64,000 nucleotides of DNA from Chloroflexota bacterium (GCA_023475225.1 JAMCVK010000036.1:26164-90163), one strand, 5' to 3'. Positions 25,343 to 34,522 are shown, numbered from the stretch's first letter. The notes: generated from the sequence alone by a model not told the origin. A program made the numbers and translations.

Positions 25343-25774
25343 ATGCGACCCCGTTTCTTAGATACCAATGTCTTGCTGCGCTACTTTACGCGGGACGATG
25401 AAGAGAAGGCACGGCGAGCGCTGGCCCTATTGACCAGGGTTGAGCGGGGTGAGGAGAAGGTCGTAACCTCGCCCCTGGTTATCTTTGAGACCGTCTTCAC
25501 CCTACAGCACCGCTACCAGGCGCCTCGAAGCCAGATCAGGGGGCTTGTCTTGGACATCATCTCTCTGAGGGGACTCCAACTTCCGGGCAAGGATCTTTAT
25601 CACCGTGCTTTTGAGCTCTATGTGGACAGGAATCTCTCCTTTGCTGATGCCTACAATGTCGCCTATATGGAAAGGAAAAAGGTCCCTGGGATCTATAGCT
25701 GGGATACCGATTTCGATAGGCTGGAGGGTATCAGCCGCTGCGAACCACAAGAAGAAGCTATTTACGAGCCTTGA
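25343..25774 (+). CDS. vapC: PIN-domain toxin VapC
   Basis: 143 aa. Contains MRPRFLDTNVLLRYF and ...SWDTDFD. Paralog of 4540..4953. Confidence 0.85.
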   Translation: MRPRFLDTNVLLRYFTRDDEEKARRALALLTRVERGEEKVVTSPLVIFETVFTLQHRYQAPRSQIRGLVLDIISLRGLQLPGKDLYHRAFELYVDRNLSFADAYNVAYMERKKVPGIYSWDTDFDRLEGISRCEPQEEAIYEP

Positions 25775-26735
25775 GGGCGATGCACATAGATGATTTATCC
25801 AGGCTATGAAAATCATCATTGGGCTTATCAACGATGTCCAGGACCTTCTGGAAAAGGGGGATGGGATTGAAGGGGGAAGTCCCATCTTGATCCCAGGCGA
25901 ACTTGTCCAGCGAGGCGTGAATGCTGGCGGGTAAGGGCACACGTTCGAAAACGATCTGCTTGAAGAAATAGAGGATGTTATGGTTGAAGGGAAGACAGCG
26001 ATGGGTTAAACCCTCCATCTCTTCGACGGAGAGCGCAGCTTCTTGAACAAGCCTCTGAATCTCTGCGGGATAGTAGAGACGCAGGTGCATGGCCCAGATT
26101 CCCCCAAGGAGCCCCTTTTCTTTGCTGAAGTGTCCCAGGCCGAGGGCTTCCCTGGTCTTGTTGAGGGGGTCCCAGAAGAAGGGGTAGTTGTGGTTGGGGA
26201 CGGTTATGGCCACGATTCCCCCTGTCTTGAGGACGCGGCGTATCTCCCTTATGGCCTGGAGGTCATCGGGGACATGCTCCAGGAGCTCGGAGGCGATCAC
26301 CTTAGCGAAGCTCTCATCGGGGAAGGGGAGGCGAGTCGCATCGCCCTGGAGCAGGGTTACGCCTGACCTTTCCCCTAGCCTCTCTCTGGCTCGCGCCAGA
26401 AGTTTTCGGTCCAGGTCCAGCCCATAAAGTCGACAGTTGTACAATCGGGAAATGATCTCGAGGTAAAAGCCCTCGCCACAGCCACAGTCCAGAACAGTAT
26501 CGTCATCTTTAAGGTCCAGGTAGCGCAGGATGGTGCGTACGCGGCGGCGTAGTCCCATATCCCCCACATGGGAGAGCATCCTTTGTAGATGAGAGCGCTG
26601 AATATCTCTCCCAAACCCCCGCAGGGGGTTCAAGGTAGCCCCGTGAGCTTTTTTTGTGCTCTGGGGCACATCCCCAGCCCCCTTGGAACCCTGTTGTTCA
26701 ACAGTCTCTAGATCAGTCTCTTCCGCCTCAGTCAT
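25758..26735 (-). CDS. Class I SAM-dependent methyltransferase (Methyltransf_11-like)
   Basis: Motif I is VLDCGCGEGFY, followed by IASELLEHVPD. The first ~45 codons of the ORF are a translated R1 repeat. The alternative start is M53 at 26579 (MLSHVGDMGL). Confidence 0.8.
   Translation of the reverse strand: MTEAEETDLETVEQQGSKGAGDVPQSTKKAHGATLNPLRGFGRDIQRSHLQRMLSHVGDMGLRRRVRTILRYLDLKDDDTVLDCGCGEGFYLEIISRLYNCRLYGLDLDRKLLARARERLGERSGVTLLQGDATRLPFPDESFAKVIASELLEHVPDDLQAIREIRRVLKTGGIVAITVPNHNYPFFWDPLNKTREALGLGHFSKEKGLLGGIWAMHLRLYYPAEIQRLVQEAALSVEEMEGLTHRCLPFNHNILYFFKQIVFERVPLPASIHASLDKFAWDQDGTSPFNPIPLFQKVLDIVDKPNDDFHSLDKSSMCIALKARK
26598..26704 (+). repeat. R1 dispersed repeat, full copy lying between or within GT4 and methyltransferase coding sequence
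   Basis: CTGAATATCTCTCCCAAACCCCCGCAGGGGGTTCAAGGTAGCCCCGTGAGCTTTTTTTGTGCTCTGGGGCACATCCCCAGCCCCCTTGGAACCCTGTTGTTCAACAG. Confidence 0.8.
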
Positions 26736-27882
26736 AGCTGCGTTCGATCACCTCGATGTTCCTCTCACTGAAATGGGCCAGGGCATAATCCCGACAGTTA
26801 ATGCGCAATCTCTCCAGCTCCTCCCGATGCTGGTAGTAATAGTCGAGCGTCGCCACGATATTGGCCACCGTTGGTTCGATGAGCCGTCCCACAGAGGGAT
26901 CGATGAAATAGGGCAGGCAGCCCCTGTTGGCGGCGATGACCGGCGTTCCACAGGCTATGGACTCCAGAACCACCGTGGCGAATCCCTCTTCGTATTGGGA
27001 GGGAAGGAGGCAGACGTCAGCCGCACTGTAGTACTCCACGATGGTGTGCTGCGCATCGTCTGGGATACGTCCTCTGAAGACGACGTTTGGTTGTTTCAAG
27101 GAGCGCTCCTGGAGCGTGGCGGCCAGCGGCCCGTCGCCGACGAAGACGAAGGTTAGCGGTGAATTGACCTGGGAGGCGGCCTCGAGCAGCAACAACACCC
27201 CCTTCTTGGCGATCAAGCGTCCGAGGAAGAGGGCGATGAAATCGTCTTGTTTGAATCCTAGGCTTGCTCTGCTCTCAGCCTTATCGAGAGGGGCGAAGAG
27301 CTCCAGGTCGATCCAGTTAGGGTGTATGGCCATACGTTCCTCTGGCAGTCCGATCTGGAGGAGCTCTTGCCGGGAGGGCTCGCCGACAGCCAGGATGAAG
27401 TCGAAGGGGGAGAGTAACCAGGCGATGATGGCGGCCAGCACCTTACGCTGTCCCAGGTCGTATACGGCGTGAGTGCTCAGCACGGTTCTCTTGCGGTGGA
27501 TGGTGGTCAAGACCCTGGTGATGGCCGCGGCCACAAAGCCGTGAGCGTGGATAACATCTATCTCTTTATGATGAGACAGATAAAAGTAGAGGCTATACAG
27601 GAAGAGCCCCGGGAAAAGGTAGGCGAAGACGAGGGGAAAGAACGGTTCTAGCCTGTGGAACAGCCCCTGGCCGAACCAGGGTACCCGATGTATTACCAGA
27701 TTGGGGCTTTTCTCCAGCGGGAGACCCTTCGTCCGGGTAGTTAATGGCTGGTAGGTGATGACCTGAACGTTGTAGTTATTTTGCGCTAGATGGCGGGTGA
27801 GCTTATCCAGATGGGCTTCGACCCCTCCCACATTGGGTCGGAAGAAGGGACAGATGATCAGTATGGACTTAGGGGCGGTCAT
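26728..27882 (-). CDS. GT4-family glycosyltransferase
   Basis: 384 aa. N-terminus ILIICPFFRPNVGGVEAH; C-terminus YEEGFATVVLESIACGTPVIAANRG. Confidence 0.85.
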   Translation of the reverse strand: MTAPKSILIICPFFRPNVGGVEAHLDKLTRHLAQNNYNVQVITYQPLTTRTKGLPLEKSPNLVIHRVPWFGQGLFHRLEPFFPLVFAYLFPGLFLYSLYFYLSHHKEIDVIHAHGFVAAAITRVLTTIHRKRTVLSTHAVYDLGQRKVLAAIIAWLLSPFDFILAVGEPSRQELLQIGLPEERMAIHPNWIDLELFAPLDKAESRASLGFKQDDFIALFLGRLIAKKGVLLLLEAASQVNSPLTFVFVGDGPLAATLQERSLKQPNVVFRGRIPDDAQHTIVEYYSAADVCLLPSQYEEGFATVVLESIACGTPVIAANRGCLPYFIDPSVGRLIEPTVANIVATLDYYYQHREELERLRINCRDYALAHFSERNIEVIERSYD

Positions 27883-28442
27883 GCGCCGCTATCCCCCTCA
27901 CGGCGGGCGATGATTATCTCCACCGCTGCGCTCAGGTCAGTGGCCAGCTGAAACGAGCCGTATTTCTTACTGGTGGTAGCTTCACCACGATACCTGCCGC
28001 TGAGCACGAGGATGACCCGACAACCTGCTTCGTAACCAGCCTGGGCATCGTCGAGACTGTCGCCGATCAAGAACGACTCCTTCAGGTTTACGCCAAATTC
28101 GGCGGCGGCCGTCTGGAGCATGCCCCCCTTGGGCTTGCGACAGGCGCAATTCTCCTCGGGGCGATGAGGACAAACGTAGACCTTATCTATCCTACCGCCA
28201 GCCTGATTTAGCTCCTCGAGCATCTTATAGTGAATCTCCTCCAGTTGAGCGAGGGAGATGAGCCCCTTACCGACGACCGACTGGTTAGTGACGATGATGA
28301 TGGCGTAGGGGGTCTTGGCCAGACGACGTAGCGCCCGCTTCACGCCGGGGAGGAAGACGAACTCCTCAGCGCTTTCGACGTATTTATGTTCGCCGGGACT
28401 GACATTGATGACCCCATCGCGATCAAGAAAGACCGCTCTCAA
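27879..28442 (-). CDS. gmhB: D-glycero-D-manno-heptose 1,7-bisphosphate phosphatase (HAD-IIIA)
   Basis: 187 aa. Contains VFLDRDGVIN, the Zn-finger-like CPHRPEENCACRKPKGGM, and GDSLDD. Confidence 0.85.
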   Translation of the reverse strand: MRAVFLDRDGVINVSPGEHKYVESAEEFVFLPGVKRALRRLAKTPYAIIIVTNQSVVGKGLISLAQLEEIHYKMLEELNQAGGRIDKVYVCPHRPEENCACRKPKGGMLQTAAAEFGVNLKESFLIGDSLDDAQAGYEAGCRVILVLSGRYRGEATTSKKYGSFQLATDLSAAVEIIIARREGDSGA

Positions 28443-29010
28443 GTCCGATCATCCCTCTCAACCAGAGTTTAATGGCGTGCAGGATCACCAGGTGTAGCCC
28501 TTCGGTGGCCTCGACACAGCGGGTGGGCACGATCAAACAATGTTGGGCGATGTCCTTAAGCCTTCCGCCATCAGCACCGGCCAGGCCGATGGTCAGCGCC
28601 CCACAATGGTTAGCATAGGCGATGGCCCGTAGGATGTTGGGCGAGTCGCCGCTGGTGCTGATAGCGATGACTACATCTCCTGCGCCGATCATGTCAGTCA
28701 GCTGTTCCACGAAGACATCCTCATAGGCCTGGTCGTTCGACCAGGCGGTCAGTAGTGCTATGTTATCGACCAGGGAGGTGGCCCTGAGGCGTCTCCTGTT
28801 AGGGAAGGCCGTGCCCTTAGTGAGGTCGCAGGCGAAATGGGTGGCGGCGGCGGCGCTGCCACCGTTGCCCATGATGAAGACCTGCCGCCCCGACTTGTAG
28901 GCCTCGTAGATGGCCGCAGCCACGTCCTTTATTTCGTCAAGGGGTAAGGCCTCCATGCTGGCCTTCACCTCAGCCAGATAGGTGGTGATCGATTCTTCTA
29001 CCGTTTCCAT
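28423..29010 (-). CDS. gmhA: Phosphoheptose isomerase (SIS domain)
   Basis: 195 aa. Contains IMGNGGSAAAATHFACDL and VVIAISTSGDSPNILRA. Confidence 0.85.
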   Translation of the reverse strand: METVEESITTYLAEVKASMEALPLDEIKDVAAAIYEAYKSGRQVFIMGNGGSAAAATHFACDLTKGTAFPNRRRLRATSLVDNIALLTAWSNDQAYEDVFVEQLTDMIGAGDVVIAISTSGDSPNILRAIAYANHCGALTIGLAGADGGRLKDIAQHCLIVPTRCVEATEGLHLVILHAIKLWLRGMIGLESGLS

Positions 29011-29988
29011 TTAATCTCCAACGTAGATTATTTTACTCCCTTGGGGCTCGAACCGAAAACGGGTCTCTTTCAGGTCAGCTAAGGCGTGGCGCAGCCCGTC
29101 TTGTCTATCCTCGGGGCAATAGAAGAGGAAGAAGCCGCCGCCACCGGCCCCGAGGAGCTTGCCCCCCAGTGCGCCAGCAGCCAGGGCCCTTTCGTAATAG
29201 CTGTCGAGCAGAGCATCGCTGATGCCACTGGCCAGCTGTTTTTTATACTCCCACCCCTGGTGCAGATATTGGCCAAACCTATCCAGGTCACGGTTGTTGG
29301 TAAGGCAGTCCCGCAAGGTGAAGGCTAGCCCCCTCATTTTGCGTAAGATATCTCTGTTGGCGGGCGTCTTTTGGCGTTGCTTCAGCAGGACGGTGTTGGC
29401 CTCTCTGGTGCGGCCGGTGTAGAACAGCAGCAGGTTCCTTTCTAGCTGTTGTTTCACTTCTTGGGGGCAGATCACTGGATCGACGAAGACACTTCCATCG
29501 GGCTGAAACTGGATGAACTGTAGTCCACCGTAGGCAGCGATATATTGGTCCTGTTTCCCGATGGGCTCGCCCAGGCGGTTGATCTCTATCTCACAGGCCT
29601 GCTCGGCCAGCATCTTGGCTGATTTTGCTTGACCCTGAAAGGCGGCCAGGGCGTTGAGCAAGCCGACGGTCAGGGTGCTGGAGGACCCTAATCCCGTGCC
29701 GCGCGAAGGAACATCGGCGATGGTCGTGATCTCTATTCCAGAACCTATCCCGGCGAGCTTCAGGGCCTCCCTAACCAAACCGTGTTTCAGGGAGTCAACA
29801 TCTTCGACGATCTCGGTGATGGAGTAGCTGACCCGTATCAGGTCATCGAACTTCTTATTTACGGTGACATAGATATACTTAGCGATGGCTGTGGAGAGGA
29901 CAGCACCAGGCTCTTGCGTATAGTAGGCTGGCAGGTCGGTTCCCCCTCCAGCGAAGCTTATCCTCAGGGGTGTGCGCGAGATGATCAT
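29011..29988 (-). CDS. hddA: GHMP-family D-glycero-alpha-D-manno-heptose-7-phosphate kinase
   Basis: 325 aa. Contains RTPLRISFAGGGTDLPAYY and the GHMP motif PSRGTGLGSSSTLTVGLL. It sits between gmhA and a nucleotidyltransferase. Confidence 0.8.
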   Translation of the reverse strand: MIISRTPLRISFAGGGTDLPAYYTQEPGAVLSTAIAKYIYVTVNKKFDDLIRVSYSITEIVEDVDSLKHGLVREALKLAGIGSGIEITTIADVPSRGTGLGSSSTLTVGLLNALAAFQGQAKSAKMLAEQACEIEINRLGEPIGKQDQYIAAYGGLQFIQFQPDGSVFVDPVICPQEVKQQLERNLLLFYTGRTREANTVLLKQRQKTPANRDILRKMRGLAFTLRDCLTNNRDLDRFGQYLHQGWEYKKQLASGISDALLDSYYERALAAGALGGKLLGAGGGGFFLFYCPEDRQDGLRHALADLKETRFRFEPQGSKIIYVGD

Positions 29989-30695
29989 TTTAGTATCCCT
30001 TTCAAGGAGTCCAGTCCTTCTGGAGTGCCTATGTCATAGAACCTCTGTCTGGTTGGGTAAGCAGCCAATTGATGGTCGGCTATTAGCTGAGGGAAGACCC
30101 CTTCCTCCAGGGAAACCGCCTTTCCTTTCGCTATGAGGGAAAGCATCTCTTTCTTAAACAGCGTTACCCCAGCATCTAGGTAACCCATGGCCATCGTGCT
30201 GCGGTATTTATTATAGGCCATGACGAAGCCGTCTTCATCTAGAGCGACATTCGAGATCCCTATGGCTATCCTGTTGTCGTAGACCACCATCAATCCTAGG
30301 GTATCCCTCTGCTCGAAGGCGGTGATGACCTTTCCATAGTCGAAGGATAAGAAGGTATCCCCATTCAAGACGATGAAGCGGTCCTCCAGCAGACTCTCCG
30401 CCCTCTTTATGGCCCCGCCGGTTCCCAGCGGTTGTGGTTCGTGAGAATAGCGGATGGACAGGCCAAAGCGGGAGCCATCGCCGAAGTAATCAACGATCCG
30501 GTCGCCCAAGTAGCCGACACAGATCACGATGTCCCGTAATCCCTGTTCCTTCAGGAGTATAAGTTGGTGCTCCAGGAACGGTTTAGCGTTGATGGGCATC
30601 ATCGGCTTTGGCGTAGCGTAGGTATAGGGGCGCAGTCTGGTGCCCAATCCGCCAGCCAGGATCACCACCTGCATCTCGGCGATCTCCTCTCTCAC
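29985..30695 (-). CDS. hddC: D-glycero-alpha-D-manno-heptose-1-phosphate guanylyltransferase-like nucleotidyltransferase
   Basis: 236 aa. VVILAGGLGTRLRPYTYATPKPMMPI is a sugar-1-P nucleotidyltransferase signature. The context is the gmhA/hddA/gmhB operon. Confidence 0.75.
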   Translation of the reverse strand: MREEIAEMQVVILAGGLGTRLRPYTYATPKPMMPINAKPFLEHQLILLKEQGLRDIVICVGYLGDRIVDYFGDGSRFGLSIRYSHEPQPLGTGGAIKRAESLLEDRFIVLNGDTFLSFDYGKVITAFEQRDTLGLMVVYDNRIAIGISNVALDEDGFVMAYNKYRSTMAMGYLDAGVTLFKKEMLSLIAKGKAVSLEEGVFPQLIADHQLAAYPTRQRFYDIGTPEGLDSLKGILK

Positions 30696-30826
30696 AGTGC
30701 TGGATCTCTCTTTGCCTCCTCATTGTAGTGAGCGATAAAGGGAAGTCAAGGGGCGATACTCATGATACCCATATTTAGTACGCTTCTTTTCTTGGTGAAA
30801 ACTGAGGTTCTGAATGTCGGTGGCTG

Positions 30827-31267
30827 TTAAGGTTTGCCAGCAGTCAACAGATGAAAGCCGTACTGGGCGAAATGACGATCAAAACTTAAAGCGTAGCTGA
30901 TGTTCATGCGCTCCATCACCGCGAAACTTATGGCATCGGTGAAGGAGAAATTCTTGTCGGCATACTTATAAACGGTTGCCCGTGCCTGCTTTAAATCCAA
31001 AAGAGTAGGATGCACAACAGTCGTGGAGCTGTTTTCGATCTCCTTGAGGAACTTGGTGGCAATGTGTTGGTTGAGTCGGGCAAGTAGTAGTGTATGGGTC
31101 TTGGCAACAACGAAGGTGGTCGTGAAAAGAGGCGAACACTGGTTTGCCAGTTGTGTGAGTATAGCCTGAGCACGGTGGTAATTGGTATCGTCATCGTCAG
31201 CCAGGGCAAAGTAGGCTGAGGTGTCGATGAAAACGCGAGAGCTGGATGCCGAAGGGTGGTTCTTCAT
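30827..31267 (-). CDS. vapC: PIN-domain toxin VapC
   Basis: 146 aa. Contains VFIDTSAYFALADDDD and ...SFDRHF. Confidence 0.8.
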   Translation of the reverse strand: MKNHPSASSSRVFIDTSAYFALADDDDTNYHRAQAILTQLANQCSPLFTTTFVVAKTHTLLLARLNQHIATKFLKEIENSSTTVVHPTLLDLKQARATVYKYADKNFSFTDAISFAVMERMNISYALSFDRHFAQYGFHLLTAGKP

Positions 31268-31557
31268 GCCCTCTTGCGATAGTCGAGATATGCCTCGGCT
31301 AGGTACTTGTGCTTATTCTCTGAGATATTCCCAAGACCGGAGTGGCCAATCCCAATAAGATTCCACAATGAATCATTCTTGGTGAACGGCTTGTCCCTGG
31401 GGATGCGCTTTTTGGTTGGGTGAGTGGGGGTGAGGATTGCTACTTCCTCGTTGTCCCGTTTCAAAACGCGCGGCTCGTGCGTTGCTCGGACCTCCTCCAC
31501 AATTCGTAACAGTTCTGGGATATTACTGATATCGATGGTTTTTAGCTCTCTCGCCAT
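31264..31557 (-). CDS. Type II antitoxin, paralog of 2792..3097
   Basis: Likely start at M26 of the track ORF (MARELKTIDISNIPELLRIVEEV). A 4-nt overlap joins it to vapC. Confidence 0.7.
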   Translation of the reverse strand: MARELKTIDISNIPELLRIVEEVRATHEPRVLKRDNEEVAILTPTHPTKKRIPRDKPFTKNDSLWNLIGIGHSGLGNISENKHKYLAEAYLDYRKRA

Positions 31558-31625
31558 AGTACTCACCCCCTCCCTGAGTAATAACAGTATAGCAGATTTC
31601 AGGCAGTCAATCCAGGGTCTTTGTA

Positions 31626-31655
31626 CTGACAAGTGGGAGGGGGCAGTGCTATAAT
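31626..31655 (+). promoter_or_regulatory. Sigma70-type promoter of cassette B (CTGACA - 18 nt - TATAAT)
   Basis: -35 at 31626-31631 and -10 at 31650-31655. Identical to the cassette A promoter. Confidence 0.5.
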
Positions 31656-31746
31656 GTTAACAACAGGGCGCTAAGACCCCTGCCAAAGGGACTTGCCCGA
31701 AGCGATTTCACTATTCCACAGCAGCAAGCTCCAGAGAGGAGGCGTG

Positions 31747-31983
31747 ATGGCAGCGGATGCCTACCAGCGGGAAGCAGCGGCTCCAGGTGAGGGGACTATC
31801 CTCCAGGGCCTCCCAATGGGCCCAGCCATTTCCCCATTGAACGTGACCGGCTTGGTGGTGACCAAAGCCGACCTCGTCAAAGCGTTGCGGATATACGTCC
31901 CCCAACTGTTCGATATCACCTCGCTGGACGATGGGCGTTTCCTGCTGAGCCTGACCCCACTTACCCCAGAGGGGAATAAATAA
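31747..31983 (+). CDS. Cassette B gene 1: 78-aa protein of unknown function
   Basis: Same as 20751..20987 except for a clustered patch (TILQGLPMGPAISP vs TVPPGLPMGPAIPP). Confidence 0.6.
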   Translation: MAADAYQREAAAPGEGTILQGLPMGPAISPLNVTGLVVTKADLVKALRIYVPQLFDITSLDDGRFLLSLTPLTPEGNK

Positions 31984-31993
31984 GGAGGTCATC

Positions 31994-32971
31994 ATGCCCG
32001 AGTGTAGCTGCAACATTTTTCCGGCGAACCTGGGTAACGTCATCTTCGGGGCCAAGGTTGGAATTGGGACAGAGAGTCCGGGAGCGAGATTGCATACTTA
32101 CGAAGTTTATGGAACCGGCGATACCACGCTTCGGGAACAGATTATCATTGAGAGGGACTCTTACACTTATCAGGGTGCGGGTGCTGGTGCTGGTGGTAGC
32201 ATCCTGTTCAAAAACCGCGATTATAATGGAGGCAGTATAGAGGCTGGAGAAATCGGCGTTATCAATACAAACAATGTTCAGGGTGACGTCAAACCGGCGC
32301 TGGTCTTTCTATTGGGTCAAGGAACGCCATCTGAAAAGGTTAGAATTACAACAGATGGCAATGTTGGTATTGGGACGACTGGTCCAGAGGCGAAGCTGCA
32401 TGTAGAAGGAAGTGTAAACCCATCTATCTTAGTAAAACAAACAACACCTGCTAAGCGAGCCTATTACGAAGTAAATAGCGCTGGCCAATTGCTATCAACC
32501 GACGGCGATATACAGTTTCAAACTAATGGCGGTGGCTGGTCGATCAAGATGGTGCTGACAAATGCTGGCAACGTTGGCATAGGGACGACGGGTCCGGCAT
32601 CGCGGCTCCATATTGGAGGGGCAAATGCTCACCTTACGGTAGGTCCGTTCATGCCCCGTGATGTGCCTGGGGAGGGCATCATAGGGGTGAGTGGCAGCCT
32701 CGCTGGGCTTGAATTTGCCAGACGGACCCTAACGATTTGGCCGGCCTCACCAGTAGCTGGGGATAAGTTCGTCTGGTATAACCCTGACGGGAAGGCTTGT
32801 TTATGGACGCAGGTGAATGGGGATTTAATCACAGTCACAAATGCTGGCAACGTGGGCATTGGGACGAGTCCTGGGGAAAAGCTGGAGGTAGCTGGTAACA
32901 TCAAACTGAGTGGCAGTCTCTTTGCGGGGACGCGCAAGGTGGCCGATAGCGGTGGCTGCTACTATGCGTAG
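31994..32971 (+). CDS. Cassette B gene 2: fibre-like repeat protein, long allele
   Basis: 325 aa with four GxVGIGTxxPxx(K/R)L motifs. The first 192 codons are nucleotide-identical to the A allele. Confidence 0.7.
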   Translation: MPECSCNIFPANLGNVIFGAKVGIGTESPGARLHTYEVYGTGDTTLREQIIIERDSYTYQGAGAGAGGSILFKNRDYNGGSIEAGEIGVINTNNVQGDVKPALVFLLGQGTPSEKVRITTDGNVGIGTTGPEAKLHVEGSVNPSILVKQTTPAKRAYYEVNSAGQLLSTDGDIQFQTNGGGWSIKMVLTNAGNVGIGTTGPASRLHIGGANAHLTVGPFMPRDVPGEGIIGVSGSLAGLEFARRTLTIWPASPVAGDKFVWYNPDGKACLWTQVNGDLITVTNAGNVGIGTSPGEKLEVAGNIKLSGSLFAGTRKVADSGGCYYA

Positions 32972-32979
32972 CGACCATC

Positions 32980-33087
32980 ATGCCTGCTTTTTGGACTGAC
33001 GATCCCGCCATTACCAGTACCTACATCCGTGTGGTATACATCAACGAGCTACGAAGCACAGTCGACTGTCACCTTCTATACCCTTAA
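32980..33087 (+). pseudogene. 35-codon remnant of an A-type gene 3 N-terminus
   Basis: MPAFWTDDPAITSTYIRVVYINELRSTVDCHLLYP* compares with A3 MATQWTDHPATSNTHIRAVHINELRSAVDCNRSAYG. It is followed by a fresh RBS (AAGGAGG) and the divergent B3 gene. Confidence 0.6.
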
Positions 33088-33118
33088 GGTTTTCTAATGC
33101 TGTCAAGGAGGATGAGCT

Positions 33119-34522
33119 ATGGCCACGCAATGGACGAACCCCGTTGCCCCTGGCAGTCCCATAAGGGCCTTTGATATCCAGGAAGTCATCAATGCCATCA
33201 ACAACAATCGGAGTGCCGCTGGGCTCGAACCCTTCCCCTGGACCGATCCGGTTGTGGCCGCTGAGATGCCGATCAAGGCGGTGCACTTCACAGAGATGAG
33301 GCAGGCTATCCAGGGGCTCTGGAGCAGCAAATCTATGGGGGCGCTACCCAACTGGAGCAGTGGGGTTACACCAGGGGGACCTAGTGCAGGAACTGCTGCA
33401 ACCATAATCTATGCCAGCGACCTTACTGACCTGCGTGGTTGGCTGAATCAGTATGAGAATGCCACCCGTACCACCAACCCGAAAAGGGGCATGCATCTTA
33501 GGGACGATGATCATCGCCAAGAAGACTACTGGGCCCTCAACGAGTACAACCCAGGCTCCGTAGTGCTACTAAGTAGGCAGTTGGTCGATTGGGATTCTAG
33601 TCTTAATGACTGGGTTATGACTGTTAGCCAGAAGGCTCTAGCCGACTGGCTTAAGGCCCGGGTAACCCACCCGGCCGGGATGGAGGTCTTTGTGCGGATA
33701 TACCCTTCGCCGCAGACCCGACCCATTTATAGTCAGCCCTTCGAGGGGCATCCGAACAATGGTGTGGTGGATGAAATTTTCCGAGTTTACGATAAGGTTT
33801 TGGCTTATAATGGGCTGGTGATTAGTCGCTATTTGCCAGGTAACGAACCCAACACAGAGTGGGGGCTTAACGCCTACTTGGGATCGACCTGGGACACCAT
33901 AGCGGCCTATTATACCGATGTCTATAACACTACCCAGGCAAACAAGGGGACTCGCAACATAGAGCTATATACGCCGCCCATAGCGCAGCAGAACTACGCA
34001 GAGGAGTACAATATTGAGGGTGGAGTGCCCATGCAGTTAGACACTGGGGAACTGGGTGGCTACAACCGGGCGTCGGTCAAGGCGATGATCCAGCTTTACA
34101 ACTCCTTCTCGTGGCACAATTACTTTAGGAGGAACAACGCCTGGCAGCATCGAGTGGAGCAGTATTTCCCCACCTGGCTTCAGGAGCACTTGTGGGTCCA
34201 TCTGGCCCCGGCCAGGATCACCGAAGCGGGCTGGAAGCCGGAGGAGGGCTCCAACAGAGATTATGATTTCGGCTCATCCGCCTATTGGAACGACATGAAC
34301 TATTTTATGAGGACGGCTACCCAGGCAGGGGGCGTCATGGTGTGGCTAGTCAGTAAGCTGAACCCGGTGCCGGGGGAGAACGTCTGGAAGCATGCTGCTG
34401 TCGCAAAAGATTATTCTACCACGGACCCCAATTACAATCCTGATACCACTGGGAACGCCGATGGGACGGTAATTCGACCCTGGATCAGGAAGCTGGCTAT
34501 CATCGCGCCGCCCACGCCGTAA
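33119..34522 (+). CDS. Cassette B gene 3: HxxELR-type repeat N-domain fused to a clan GH-A-like (GH5-type) glycoside hydrolase
   Basis: 467 aa. Three N-terminal repeats (SPIRAFDIQEVINAI, MPIKAVHFTEMRQAI, IIYASDLTDLRGWL). LPGNEPNTEW (acid/base-like NEP) and ARITEAGW (nucleophile-like TE) are separated by ~125 aa. Confidence 0.65.
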   Translation: MATQWTNPVAPGSPIRAFDIQEVINAINNNRSAAGLEPFPWTDPVVAAEMPIKAVHFTEMRQAIQGLWSSKSMGALPNWSSGVTPGGPSAGTAATIIYASDLTDLRGWLNQYENATRTTNPKRGMHLRDDDHRQEDYWALNEYNPGSVVLLSRQLVDWDSSLNDWVMTVSQKALADWLKARVTHPAGMEVFVRIYPSPQTRPIYSQPFEGHPNNGVVDEIFRVYDKVLAYNGLVISRYLPGNEPNTEWGLNAYLGSTWDTIAAYYTDVYNTTQANKGTRNIELYTPPIAQQNYAEEYNIEGGVPMQLDTGELGGYNRASVKAMIQLYNSFSWHNYFRRNNAWQHRVEQYFPTWLQEHLWVHLAPARITEAGWKPEEGSNRDYDFGSSAYWNDMNYFMRTATQAGGVMVWLVSKLNPVPGENVWKHAAVAKDYSTTDPNYNPDTTGNADGTVIRPWIRKLAIIAPPTP

